Source: Flectonema sp. DT1601
Lineage: Eukaryota
Direction: 5' to 3'
NCBI GenBank assembly: GCA_964019425.1
Contig: OZ025785.1
Coordinates: 1-64,000, forward strand
Length of the DNA stretch: 64,000 bases
Part shown: positions 53,154 to 64,000 of the stretch, in pieces
How positions within the stretch are numbered: the stretch's first letter is position 1
How the letters are laid out: the number at the start of each line of letters is the position of its first letter
Program-made: the position numbers and the translations under genes
Notes under the pieces: model-generated
The model's input: only the letters and a program-made list of their open reading frames with translations
The model's database searches: none
What the model was told of the DNA's origin: nothing

Positions 53154-54941
53154 TTACTTTCTCATTGCGCTTATCTCCATTCGCGCAACTTCACTACAGG
53201 AAGACAAGTCTACGCTAGTCAGAGACTTTGAATTACTCAAGAATCCATATCTTCCAATTTTAGTCAGCTTCTTCAAACCGGAAACATCGATGGAGGTGAG
53301 GGACTCACAGTTACTAATAAAGTTACTGTCAACACTCCTAACGTCTATCCAGGAAGACAAGTCTACGCTAGTCAGAGACTTTGAATTATGCAAGAATGAA
53401 TATCCTATTGTAGTCAGCTTCCGAAAACCGGAAACATCGATGGAGGTGAGGGACTCACAGTTACTAATAAAGTTACTGCCAACACTCCTAACGTCTATCC
53501 AGGAAGACAAGTCTACGCTAGTCAGAGACTTTGAATTATACAAGAAAAAACTTCTTATTGAAGTCAACTTTTGAAAACCGGAAACATCGATGGAGGTGAG
53601 GGACTCACAGTTACTAATAAAGGCATCGCCAACACTCGTTACTTCACTCAAGGAAGACAAATCCACGCTAGTCAGAGACTTTGAATGATCTAAGAATGCA
53701 TGTCCTACTGTAGTCAACTTCTGAAGACCTGAAACATCGATGGAGGTGAGAGACCCACAGCTAATAATAAACCAATCGCCAATGCACGTTACTTCACTCA
53801 AGGAAGACAAATCCACGCTAGTCAGAGACTTTGATTTATGCAAGAATCCTTTTGCTATTTTAGTCAGCTTCTGAAAACCGGAAACATCGATGGAGGTGAG
53901 GGACTCACAGTTGCTAACAAAGTAATCGCTAATGCTCGTTACTTCCCTCAGACAGGATAAATTAACGTGAGTCAGAGACTTCGAGTTGCTCAAGAAGTAG
54001 CTGGGGATGATCGTCACATTGTGCAAAGAAGTGAAATCGATTGACGTCAGCGAGTCACAACCGTCTGACAGGAACTCTTGCTCAAATGCAGTGCAACGGC
54101 TGCAGTTGGTGAATGACAACCGCCGGATGCAAGACGGAAGCATCTTAACACAATCACTAGAAAGGGTGCCTTCATCGTCGATATATTCTGAGGCATCGAA
54201 GACACACAACATGTCGGGATTTAGTCCGAACAAATTGTCAATTCGAGTACGAAGATGTGAAGTCTTCAACTCCTCCGCAGTCACAACACGTTCAGACCTC
54301 TTGTATATTCTTTTCACAGTACCCCAGTTGTTCGAATCTTCCAGCTCACGGAGGATCTCGGCACCCCATGAGGTGTTGTCAAATTCGGATTTGACTTTTT
54401 CCTTCCCCGAGGAGGAGAGTCTCGGCCAGTCCAGCAGCAGGAAGAGTTCCTTCCTGAGTTGGGGTGAGACACCATCCTCTGAAGTAGTCAGGCTCAAGTA
54501 ACCAATTCGAACTGTCTCGAAATACTCATCCTCATTCAGAATCCGAGGGAAGCAGGTGGACGAGAATACATTCCTCAGGTCATCTTCGACCGGCTCCAAC
54601 TTCCCCTCCCCCTTGAGATCAGCTTTAACAAACCCGATATCGGCACACTTCATGTCAGGATGCAAGGAAAGGGTTCCCAGTAATCGCGAGCTTCCTTCCA
54701 CCAGCTTCGCCGACTCCTTCTCCCTCGCCACCCGGTGTACTTCCTTGTACGTCGTCAATTCAGTCGCAGCCTCAGCATCCGTCATTCCATCCATGATCTC
54801 CTCCGACGATCTGAGAACGTCAGAAAAGCTGTCCATCAGCGCCCCCGACTCCTCCTTCCGACTCACCACTTCCACCAGCAGCTTCGCCATGAACCTCTGA
54901 TGGCTCCTCAAAACAGAGGACAGGGAATCGACAGTTGTCAT
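53154..54941 (-). CDS. LRR protein, 595 aa (tandem copy 7, most diverged N-terminal tract)
   Basis: EGKLEPV..RILNEDEYFETVRIGYLSLTTSEDGVSPQ variant. Confidence 0.88.
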   Translation of the reverse strand: MTTVDSLSSVLRSHQRFMAKLLVEVVSRKEESGALMDSFSDVLRSSEEIMDGMTDAEAATELTTYKEVHRVAREKESAKLVEGSSRLLGTLSLHPDMKCADIGFVKADLKGEGKLEPVEDDLRNVFSSTCFPRILNEDEYFETVRIGYLSLTTSEDGVSPQLRKELFLLLDWPRLSSSGKEKVKSEFDNTSWGAEILRELEDSNNWGTVKRIYKRSERVVTAEELKTSHLRTRIDNLFGLNPDMLCVFDASEYIDDEGTLSSDCVKMLPSCIRRLSFTNCSRCTAFEQEFLSDGCDSLTSIDFTSLHNVTIIPSYFLSNSKSLTHVNLSCLREVTSISDYFVSNCESLTSIDVSGFQKLTKIAKGFLHKSKSLTSVDLSSLSEVTCIGDWFIISCGSLTSIDVSGLQKLTTVGHAFLDHSKSLTSVDLSSLSEVTSVGDAFISNCESLTSIDVSGFQKLTSIRSFFLYNSKSLTSVDLSSWIDVRSVGSNFISNCESLTSIDVSGFRKLTTIGYSFLHNSKSLTSVDLSSWIDVRSVDSNFISNCESLTSIDVSGLKKLTKIGRYGFLSNSKSLTSVDLSSCSEVARMEISAMRK

Positions 54942-55957
54942 TATTTTAAACTGGATGAGTTTCTGGTGATGAAGAATTAATTCAAGATGCGTAACTTCAA
55001 TTCAAGAATGAAGGAAAACTGCTTGTGAGTCAACTTCCCACTTGTCTGGAAACCACCTGAAGAATATCAGCGTGTGATGAATTAAAACTCCGACTTCGAT
55101 ACCATTGTACACAAGAGACACCAGGCAGCTGCAGTACTCGAATTGAATGCTCAACTCGATTCTAATATTTCTTTCTTTGTGTCCCAACTCATATGAAGGC
55201 AGCTGTACTGTCCTTGGCTGTTGAAGTAAACAAACAATTACACAACTCACAAAAGGGATGAATAACATATCAACGGGAAGCTGTGTCCTGACTTCACTAA
55301 ATTAATACATTTTGTTTTCTCCTGTTGTAGTGATTCTTTGATTGTCTCACAGGCTGCTTCCTGAAACGAAAAACTACAAATCCCAATTCCCTCTCTTCAT
55401 TTCTTTTAGTTCTTTCTTCTTTTTTTTTTCTTTTTTTGTTTTTCTTTTTTTGAACCAAAACGAGGGTTTATATCTTCGTTGTGGCATAACAATCCACTAC
55501 TGGTATTCCCCAAATGCAAATATTTTGAAGAAATATATAAAAATATTTATTATAGTGAGCGCCGCATAGAATATTACTTTTGTTGTTTGTACATTATACG
55601 TTTTTATATTTTGTTTTTGGTTTCTCTCTTGCTCTTCCCGCACACTCTCTCTCCTCTCTCTCTCTCTCTTTTCTTTAGAAAGCAGTAATAAAAATAGACA
55701 AAGAAAGAAATTCTGTATTGGCTTTATTTGAGTTTACGTTTTTTTTAATTTTTGGTAACCGTATATCAGTGCATACTCATAATGACTGCAGCATCCCAAC
55801 AGGAACTACAAACATTGTTAAGGAGAAAGAACAAAACAAAACACAGCAGGTGTGGGAGAATAGTCGTAGAGTGGGAGAACTTCTCTCACAAGAAGGGTTT
55901 GTCACCTAAATCCTCACAACCAGCACCATCAGCATCGGTTTCCGTTTTTTTTTTTTT

Positions 55958-56169
55958 ATTTTAAACAACACGCATGCTCACCTTTGAAAAGAAGAAAAAG
56001 ATATGTTTGTGTTATTCCTATCCCATTCAACAAGAGAATAAGATACTGTAATCGTTGTCGTTGTTTTGTACGCAAACGGAAACAAGCCTATAAAGTAAAG
56101 TACAGATTAACAATCATTTTATATTTAAAAAAAAAAAAAAAAAAAAATGTTCTGGTTTTTTTTTTACAG
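55958..56169. repeat. Inverted copy of part of the array spacer at the array's right boundary
   Basis: Reverse complement of ~29193-29390 (and equivalents); the same peptide appears on + here (KRRKRY.CVIPIPFNK) and on - in the units. Confidence 0.85.
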
Positions 56170-57307
56170 CGCGGGGGGTTACAGATCCATTTTTAGGGGA
56201 TGAAGCAGTGAGGAAGGAGTGGGTGTGGAACATTAACATTCCTGATATAAATGGGAAGGGGAAGGAAGGTTCTATTGAGAAGCAGAAAATAAACAAACCG
56301 ACCAACATGTCATCTTTCTTTAATATCACTCCAGAGAGAGAGAGAGAAACAGAGAGAGAACAATGACTTATAGACACATCATGTGTGTTGCATTTTTTCT
56401 TCTTTTTTTTTTTTTTTTTTTGTCAATTTGAGAAAAAAAAAAAACATGAAGAAAAAAAAAACCTTTATCGAAGTATTCGTACTGAACGTACGAACATCTT
56501 AGCGGGTCTTTTGTTTTTCTTTCCTTTCTTTTCAATTTGCTGTTTCTTCACAATATCTGTGCGCGTCATCTAAGATGATTACAAACATTCCAATAAAAGA
56601 CTCCACCTTTTTAAGTCTTCAGATGATGGAAACAGAGCGAAAGAATCTCAAAAAGACGTTTCTTCTGATAAGGTGGCAGCCTCAGCTTCAGGTTTTACAG
56701 ACGCTGTCAAAGAAATAAGGAAATGAGAAGATTTTTTTTTTTTTTTTTGCTCGGCTTTATTTTATTTTATTTTATTTTATTTTATTTTATTTTATTTTAT
56801 TTTATTTTCTAACACAATAACATCAAGCAGACCGTTCTTTTTGTCAACAGGAAAGCCGAGCTGCTTGTTCCCAGACAGATCAAACTTAAAAATATATAAA
56901 TAGTTTTTTTTTTTTTTTTCATGTATTCCACTGTCGAGACAGGAAGTTGCTTAAAAAAAAAGAAAAGAAAAAAAAGAAACAAATCCAAAGCTGGAGCCTG
57001 CCGCGAAACTTTTTTTTTTTTTTTCAGTAATTCTTTGGTTGTTTTGTACCATACATAACATAACGAAAAATAAAGATGCTTTTTTTTTTTTTTCTTAAAC
57101 ACTCTTTGGTAGGAATTTTTTTTTTTTTTTTTTTTTTCCCCCCTCACCACTTACCTTTTTTTTACTCACACAAACCAACCTTCTTTTTTGAATCAAGCAA
57201 CCATCATGTTAGCTAAATTAGTACTCAGGTATTGATATCTGTACTGTACTTCCTCTTCTCAAGAGGAGAAATAAAAAAAATAAAAAACAGAGGTTCTGTA
57301 GTCTCTG

Positions 57308-57347
<40 letters not shown>

Positions 57348-58373
57348 CATAAAGTATTATCAACCTCTCTCTGATTAGTGTCCATATGAAGGAAAAGCAA
57401 ATTGGAATGAAAAAAAAAACGGAGCCACTTTTCGTAGCCATTCACCCGATCCAACTTGTTCATCATGGCGCACGTATAAAAAAAAACTTGAGATTCTGAA
57501 CAAAATGATGTCCCGAAAAACAATAAACAAAATTACAAATTTTCAGGTCGTAAACTCCATCTGTCGGCCTGCTTATTGAATCAATAATCCCTAAGGCTGT
57601 CCTCACCTCCAACATATCTGAGATCTCGTTCAGAAGACTGTTCAGCCACAAACACTCCCTTTCATTAAAAAAAAAGTTTTTTTTTTTTTTTTTACATTCT
57701 CATTAATAGATAAGACACAGAAAGAAAAAAAGAAAAAAATCGGAGCCGGAAAAAAAAAAGTCTAACACAAAAATAACTCACTTTCCGGCCAATGCGCGAT
57801 ATCACTAACGGAAAGAGATCGGAGCCGAAATGGGAAAGAAGGGGTGTGGGTGGTTACTTGATACTGTAATTAAATATAAAACAACTACTTTAACAGTCGG
57901 AACCAGAGGTTGTAAAAAAAGACCAACAGCTGGGTACGTGGAATGATAATTACTATTTGAAAAACCAGTCAGACTAAAGCCTTATATATATTTTGTTATA
58001 TCGCAGACAGTGGCACAGGAAAAATAGATAACATTTTGACCGTATAAACGGCTCTTAATCTGAATGGTTTTTCTTCTCCACCTTCGTCGGTGCAAAAAAA
58101 GAAAATTTTTTGTTTTATCAACAATCAGATTCCCTCTCATAGTAGTGGTTCCACCAGAGAAAAGGGATTCCTTTTTTTTTTTTTTTTTTTTTCATTGGAG
58201 AGGGAGGAAAGTTGTATCTTACCCACAAAACACACACACAATACTTTTTTTTATTATTACTGTTGGCTACCGATATTTTGTAAAAAATACTCTCCTTCCC
58301 CTTTTTTCGACTACATACGAAGTAGAACTTTTTTGTTATTATTTAGTGTTCAGCAGTTCTTCGCAGAAGGCAA

Positions 58374-61300
58374 CTACACGTCTGAAGTCCAATCGGAAGA
58401 GCTCTCAGAGGCGGACTCATCCATGGCCATGGGGATGTTATGAAGCTCCCCCATACCTGCTCTCCTCAAAATAGAACCAATTGTACGAGGTTCTTGTCTG
58501 TTTGTTTGTTTGTTTGTTTGTTTGTTTGTTTGTTTGTTTGTTTGTTTGTTTGTTTGTTTGTTTGTTTGTTTGTTTGTTTGTTTGTTTGTTTGTTTGTTTG
58601 TTTGTTTGTTTGTTTGTTTGTTTGTTTGTTTGTTTGTTTGTTTGTTTGTTTGTTTGTTTGTTTGTTTGTTTGTTTGTTTGTTTGTTTGTTTGTTTGTTCG
58701 TTTGCTTGTTTGTTCGTTCGTCAACAATAATAATATAAAAAAAAACATACTTATAGAAATTAGGAGACCCCCCTGGAGGTGGTGACTCGCGATTATCTCC
58801 ATCACGAGACTTGTAATGTTGAGGTGGTGATCCATATGTTGATGCCAAAGCGTTATTAAGAGTACTACTAGTAACAGTATTATTTAATGTGTTACTACTA
58901 AGGTTTACAGTGCTACTCAGAGATACATGTTGTGATAACTGCGCATGAGAAGGAGGTGGAACAGAGCTGTTGAGATGCTGAACTGAAAGCGGACGAGGTT
59001 GCTGAGAAACTGCTTTGGAATTCCACGCCCCCTGCATGTTCCTAGCAGATAATCCCATTCCACCACGTGAACTCAGGTTTGGTTTTAATTTTGGTGCTTC
59101 GCCTATCGACTCTTCTTGAGTCTTCTGCAATGCGAGTTTTGGAACTGCTATTTGACCAGAACTTCCCAAAACGAGTCTCGGTGATGTCCTCGGTTGCATT
59201 AGCGGAACATTAGCTGGGTCTTTACCACCCAATACACTTAACCATTCTTCACACTTTAATGTGTATTTATGATCTGGTCCATAAGCCTTTCTGTGACTTA
59301 TCAACGCAAGTTGAAAATATTTCACTGCCTGTTCCTGTTTTTGTTCATGTTCATAGGCGACAGCAATCTCAAAATATTTTTTAGCGACTTCCTCAGAAGC
59401 ATCAGTGTGCTCCATGGTTAACTGTTCTAAAGTACATTTATGATACTGAGACATAATGTTTAATTTCTTATAGCAGGGGGCTAACATCTCTGTTAGGACC
59501 ATCACAGCAGAGTCGCTGTGTTTGCCGTAGCTGTCTCTGAATATGCTGTAGGCCGATTCGAAACTCTTTCTGCAGAGATCAAGTCTACCTTTATGGCTGT
59601 GAATTTGACCTAAACAAATAGCGATATCCGCAATCTCTGGGGCATCTACTCCGTGAGATGTCTTCACGATCTCCAAAGCTCTTTCAAAATCTCGAGCGCT
59701 CTCTTCATATCGACACAGAGTGCAGGCTGTCCGTGCTCTCTGTTCCAGTAGCCTTCCAAGAGACTCGTCTTCCGAACCAAGTTCTTGTTCTGTTTTTTCA
59801 ATTGCTCTCGTGTAGTGACTGATGGCTTCTTCAAACTTTCCTTCTTGTTGGTAGTACTCTGCCATTGTACTGTCGATTTCTATAAAGACTACGTTGGCTG
59901 TTCCTTCGACACTCTCACCAGCTTCTAATTTCTTCTGAAGAATGCTGTACGATCTGTAGTAGTAATTAGCTGCCTGACGAAGTTCTTTGAGAGATCTAAA
60001 ATAAGATCCGAGGAGGATGTTCGCGTCAGCATGAGCTACTGATGAGGGGTCGGTTAGTTGAATCATTTGATTTCGACATTCTAAGAGTTCTTTTTGACGT
60101 ATTCCTGAAGATTGTGATTCCCATCTTTGATAAATTAATGAAAGCAACGCCAACATCGGTAACGCTGTTTCCGGTGGTGTTCTTCTTCCCTCAATGTAAT
60201 CCTGAAGGACATTCTCCATTGCTGGAAACTCTGATATATCAATACCATCTTCATCAGTATCTAACCAAGAACACTTCGTATGACTCGGTAGCTCTACTCC
60301 TTTCATGACGGGTTTTAGCTCTACTTCAGCTACTCTGGAATCAGTAGCCAGGACGATGGTTGCTCCGCATATTTCTGAAATTCGTTTAATCACTTTTTCC
60401 GCAGGCGGAAGAGTGTATTTCTTAGGACCACCAAACTTACTATAAATCTTCTTACACAGAAAGCTTGGATTATCAATCACTGCTTGCACTGCAGCCTTCG
60501 CAATCATTGTCGATTCTGCATAGTTATGACCATGCATGTGGTCATTTAAATAGGCAGAGAATGTCCTCGCAAACATCTCACTGATGACGGCTTCGACAGC
60601 AACTGGAACGTTTGTTGTTTTGTCTCTAACTGTTCTCCAATCACCATCATCAGACCATTCCATTAGATGACCTAATACAGTTCCGAGGTAGCGGAGGTTT
60701 ATTCCTTTTGAGTGAAGTGATTCTGAGAGATGATCTCCATCGAGGGGAGGTTTTCGTAATAAATTTGATGCGAATTGCGGAACTACATCTTTCATCAAAG
60801 ACTCCACAACTAAAGTATCCGTCAGTGAGATGTCTTCAGTCAAGTCTCCTTCCAAACTTTCTGATGAGAGCCCATCGCTATTCAAACCTTTTACTGAAAG
60901 CTGATCTCTTCGTATCTTACGCAACAGCTCAGGTCTAAATCGTTGGTATCCACAAGCAAATGTATAAACATGAGAGTTGACGTGATGTTTTGGTTTCGCA
61001 TGTAAAACTGTTTCATTCAACTCAATTGACAACGCAAACGTCGCAGTGGAGTCATCGACTGATCTGCTGATTCTGGAGTCGATCATTTTACTTAAAATTT
61101 CTAAAATCTTTTCCGGATCTTTAATTGTGAACCCCATACTATCTTGAATAGGATCCCAGTTGTACTTCTTAAGACAGAGAGGAGCAACATACTCGATTGG
61201 TTGATCTAAGAAATCCTGAAATATTTCAGTTGAGTTTGACGTATTCCTCAGTAACACTTTTAAACTTCTGGCGACCATTTCCATACAAAGTTGGTCAACT

Positions 61301-63009
61301 CTGTGGACTACAAAAGGAGATTCAGAATGGTATCTAATTAGTGTGTCGCAGGCATCTTTTAACGACCTCATTGGTATTCCAAAATGGTGAAATACTTCGC
61401 TAGTCTTTTCCTTGCCGTCTATTAGGAGTTGCATTGCTTCTTCGCATACAAACCAACTGCAGAATTTTAATAAAACTTCTTCGTGGAGGTATTTATGAAG
61501 GTCTTCACGGATGTCGTCTTGATCCATTTTTGAATAGGTGTTTGGATTTATATTTCTCCGATAGCTGTTCACTAATTCTGGTCTAAACAATCGAGAATCA
61601 ATTTGAAGCGCTGGAAGCATCGGCAACAACCGACTGGCTTGAGTAACGTAATGACGTCCATCATTACCGTGAAATGCTTCTGTTGTTGCTGATCCACTTT
61701 TAATTAAGCTCATCGAGGCAGATCGATGTTGTCGTAATCTGAGATCACACGATATAATATTCATAATGCCTTCGATACCAACATTGGAGATGTACTCTCT
61801 TTTGTTTGCAGGAGCGTCTCTATCTTGCGGTCCTAAAATCAATCCATGCTTCGTATCAATTGGAACAGCAGCAACAACGTCAACTCTGTTACCGAGATAG
61901 CAAACAGTGCAGTGAAGAGGAGCGTGTAGCTGCATGATATTACCTGATCGGATGCATGCAAAACCATTAGACTCGTGTCTGCACATCTTACCTGCGAGTT
62001 CTCTAGAGCCGTAAAACCCGATATTAGTTTCACTATTTTGATATTGCAGTAGTAGGTTACCTCTTCGAACATGACCATTTCTTGCCGTGTGATAACTTTC
62101 TTGGATGTAGTCGACGGCTGCTTCGAGAGCTTCTTTCTCAAAGTCTGAAATAATATTTTGAAGAGTTCTCTCTCTTTCACTCATACTCGATGGTTGAAGT
62201 GATAACTGCTCCCAAGACTTCTGAAACAACTCATTATGATCGATGGAATTCTTTAAAATCCCTTCCTTACCAGCACTCACATTCCAACGAGCAGGTTTAC
62301 TAAAAGTTACGAAGTCAACGGGACGCTTTCCTAAAGGACTCTTAGCACCACTCATATCCAAATGATGGTCTCGTAGATCATGAAGCACATGTCTGTAGTG
62401 AGAGAATAGGGGATGGTTTTCTGAGGCGTCGAACTCCCTTTCAGTTCGTTCTGATATTTTCCTGTACATAAACTCATCCCTGCGAGTCTTTATCCTCTCC
62501 CATCCAAGTGGAGGAGGAAGGCTTGCAAACTGTTTTATTATATACGACAGGTGTACTTCATTCCTGGGATCCATCCCTAGTTTTATCGCTAATTCTATTT
62601 GTGCAGTACTGAGAGGTGTGCAAGATGACGCTAGTGGGACAGAGACGTCATCGATCATCGGCTCTGATATTTGTATACTGTAATCAAGATTAGTAGTTCC
62701 ACAAAACCTTGGATTCGGTCCCTGCTGATCGATCCCAATGACCTCACTCAGCGACAGGGATATCATCTTCACATCGCTGTCGTTTAATTTGAACTTATCT
62801 CTTCCTCCTCTTGCAGACCCAGGTACAGTCAATGCATTTAAATTATGAGCACTCCGTCTTGTTGATTCCAGTGATGGGTCAACATGATTAGCACCTCCCT
62901 TTGATCTCCTGGTGTCATTTAAACCACCTGCTTGTGACTGAGACTTAGCGGGCTTCGAGACCGCTTTGTTACCAGCTTGTTGGCTGGGCTTGGCATTTGT
63001 GCATCCCAT
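58374..63009 (-). CDS. CLU (clustered-mitochondria)-domain / TPR protein; predicted exons 63009-58751 and 58497-58374
   Basis: CLU-like motifs APLHCTVCYLGNRV, GNDGRHYV...SRLLP, RLFRPELV. Two CLU-central-like H..GI..R.L...EM.AR segments. TPR helices in the C-terminal third. WW-like LPPPLGWE. N-terminal MGC acylation motif. Intron AA|GTATGT...(AAAC)nAG|A restores frame into QEPRTIGS...TSDV*. Confidence 0.8.
58499..58697. repeat. (TTTG)n / (CAAA)n microsatellite, intronic
   Basis: About 200 bp of perfect tetranucleotide repeat ending at the predicted acceptor AG. Confidence 0.95.
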
Positions 63010-64000
63010 TAAAGGGCCTGCCCTGAGATGAGATGGAATACATGAAAAGTGATAACATTATGAAGAATATATTAAAAAGGGGGAAGATAGCAGCAGCATA
63101 TTGACATCACATGACATGAAGGAATAGATTAATCAATAATAAGTAAACAAAAACTGAAAAAGGTCTCATCAAAAAAAAAAAAAAGAAAAAAAAACAACAA
63201 CAACAGCCACAACACGAAATTCAGAAACTAAGTAACGGACATGGATGGGGATTGACTGGTGAGGAGCTTTCCTTTTTTTTTTTTTTTTTTTAGTTAATTT
63301 TTTTTTTTTCCGAAAGTCAAACCACATCTAAACACACTACCATTCCTGCAGAAGAGGCGTGTGTCCCCTTCCTCCCTTCCCCCACCTGATAACCAAAATC
63401 AGGTTGCAGAACTTATTAATCGCACAAAAAAAAAAAAAAAAAGTTTTCTTTTTTTTTTATTAAAATAAAAAAAGAGGTGAGGATTACTGCAGGCAAATTA
63501 TTCATCTTTTTAAACGGCATGAATACTGACACTCTCCCCTTCCCCCCCTCTCCTTTTCCCCTTTTTTTCTTCTTTTTATTCTTGCCACTGGATCTTATTT
63601 GTGGCTGCGATATAACCACTAGTGTTACATATTAAAAAAGGGAACGAGAGGAAAAAAAAAAAGAAGAAAAAGAAATGAAAAAAAAAAAGAATTTAATTTT
63701 AAACAAGGAATTCCTATAGACTGCTTCTGTTTACCCTTTTAAAACAAGAAAAAAAAGGCACATGACTTGAGAGGTGTCTCTCATCTAAATACGATTATCA
63801 TGAAGGCCGTCAAAATGATTTCCCTTTTTTTTTTTTTTTTTTCCCCATCATTCCCCCTCTCTTTTTTAAGAGAAAAAACGATCGACCTGGAGAGGGGGGA
63901 TAAATCGATGGGCTCTCCCCCCTCTCCAATCTCAACCCGATAATAGCTTCACTGTTAATGATTAGTAAGTTGGATTTGGGAAAAAAAAGAAGCCAAACTT

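Larger units (their letters stand above)
28209..55920. repeat. Tandem array of 3291-bp units (LRR gene + spacer): 7 full units plus a partial one; one unit carries a 3.5-kb retroelement
   Basis: ORF ends at 29712, 33003, 36294 and 43281, 46572, 49863, 53154 are spaced by 3291; the gap 36294-43281 equals 3291+3696; spacers are essentially identical. Confidence 0.95.

Noticed and set aside
56570..57660. Possible small exons among poly(A)/poly(T) tracts
   Set aside because: No recognisable homology or consistent splice model could be built by eye.
58440..58785. ORFs encoding (CLFV)n or (TNKQ)n
   Set aside because: Translations of the intronic tetranucleotide microsatellite.

Overview
Eukaryotic, repeat-rich protist DNA. 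A euglenozoan such as a diplonemid is my inference, from CRE- and Ingi-type retroelements, same-strand gene clustering and the rRNA fragments. Left to right: (1) a CRE-like RLE non-LTR retrotransposon running off the left edge. Its single ORF continues past RT and the endonuclease into a USP/UCH-type deubiquitinase with intact catalytic residues, two RNase H1-type hybrid-binding domains and two degenerate RNase H-like folds. Its poly(A) ends 5 bp before a tRNA-Leu(AAG). (2) A patchwork with an 18S rRNA fragment and a 5'-truncated second copy of the element. (3) Three minus-strand ORFs that can be joined by two in-phase GT-AG introns into a ~1760-aa ankyrin / ADP-ribosyltransferase / NACHT / pentapeptide / WD40 NLR-like protein. 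(4) A ~40-kb cluster of LRR genes built from alternating 25-aa repeats: three diverged genes, a pseudogene, fragments and seven near-identical 3291-bp tandem units. The pseudogene is interrupted by a ~700-bp non-autonomous retroposon that begins exactly with an HDV-like ribozyme. One tandem unit is interrupted by a 5'-truncated Ingi/I-like RT-RNase H element flanked by a 187-bp duplication. (5) A CLU-domain/TPR gene whose (AAAC)n microsatellite lies in an intron. All domain calls are by eye from motifs; no searches were run.
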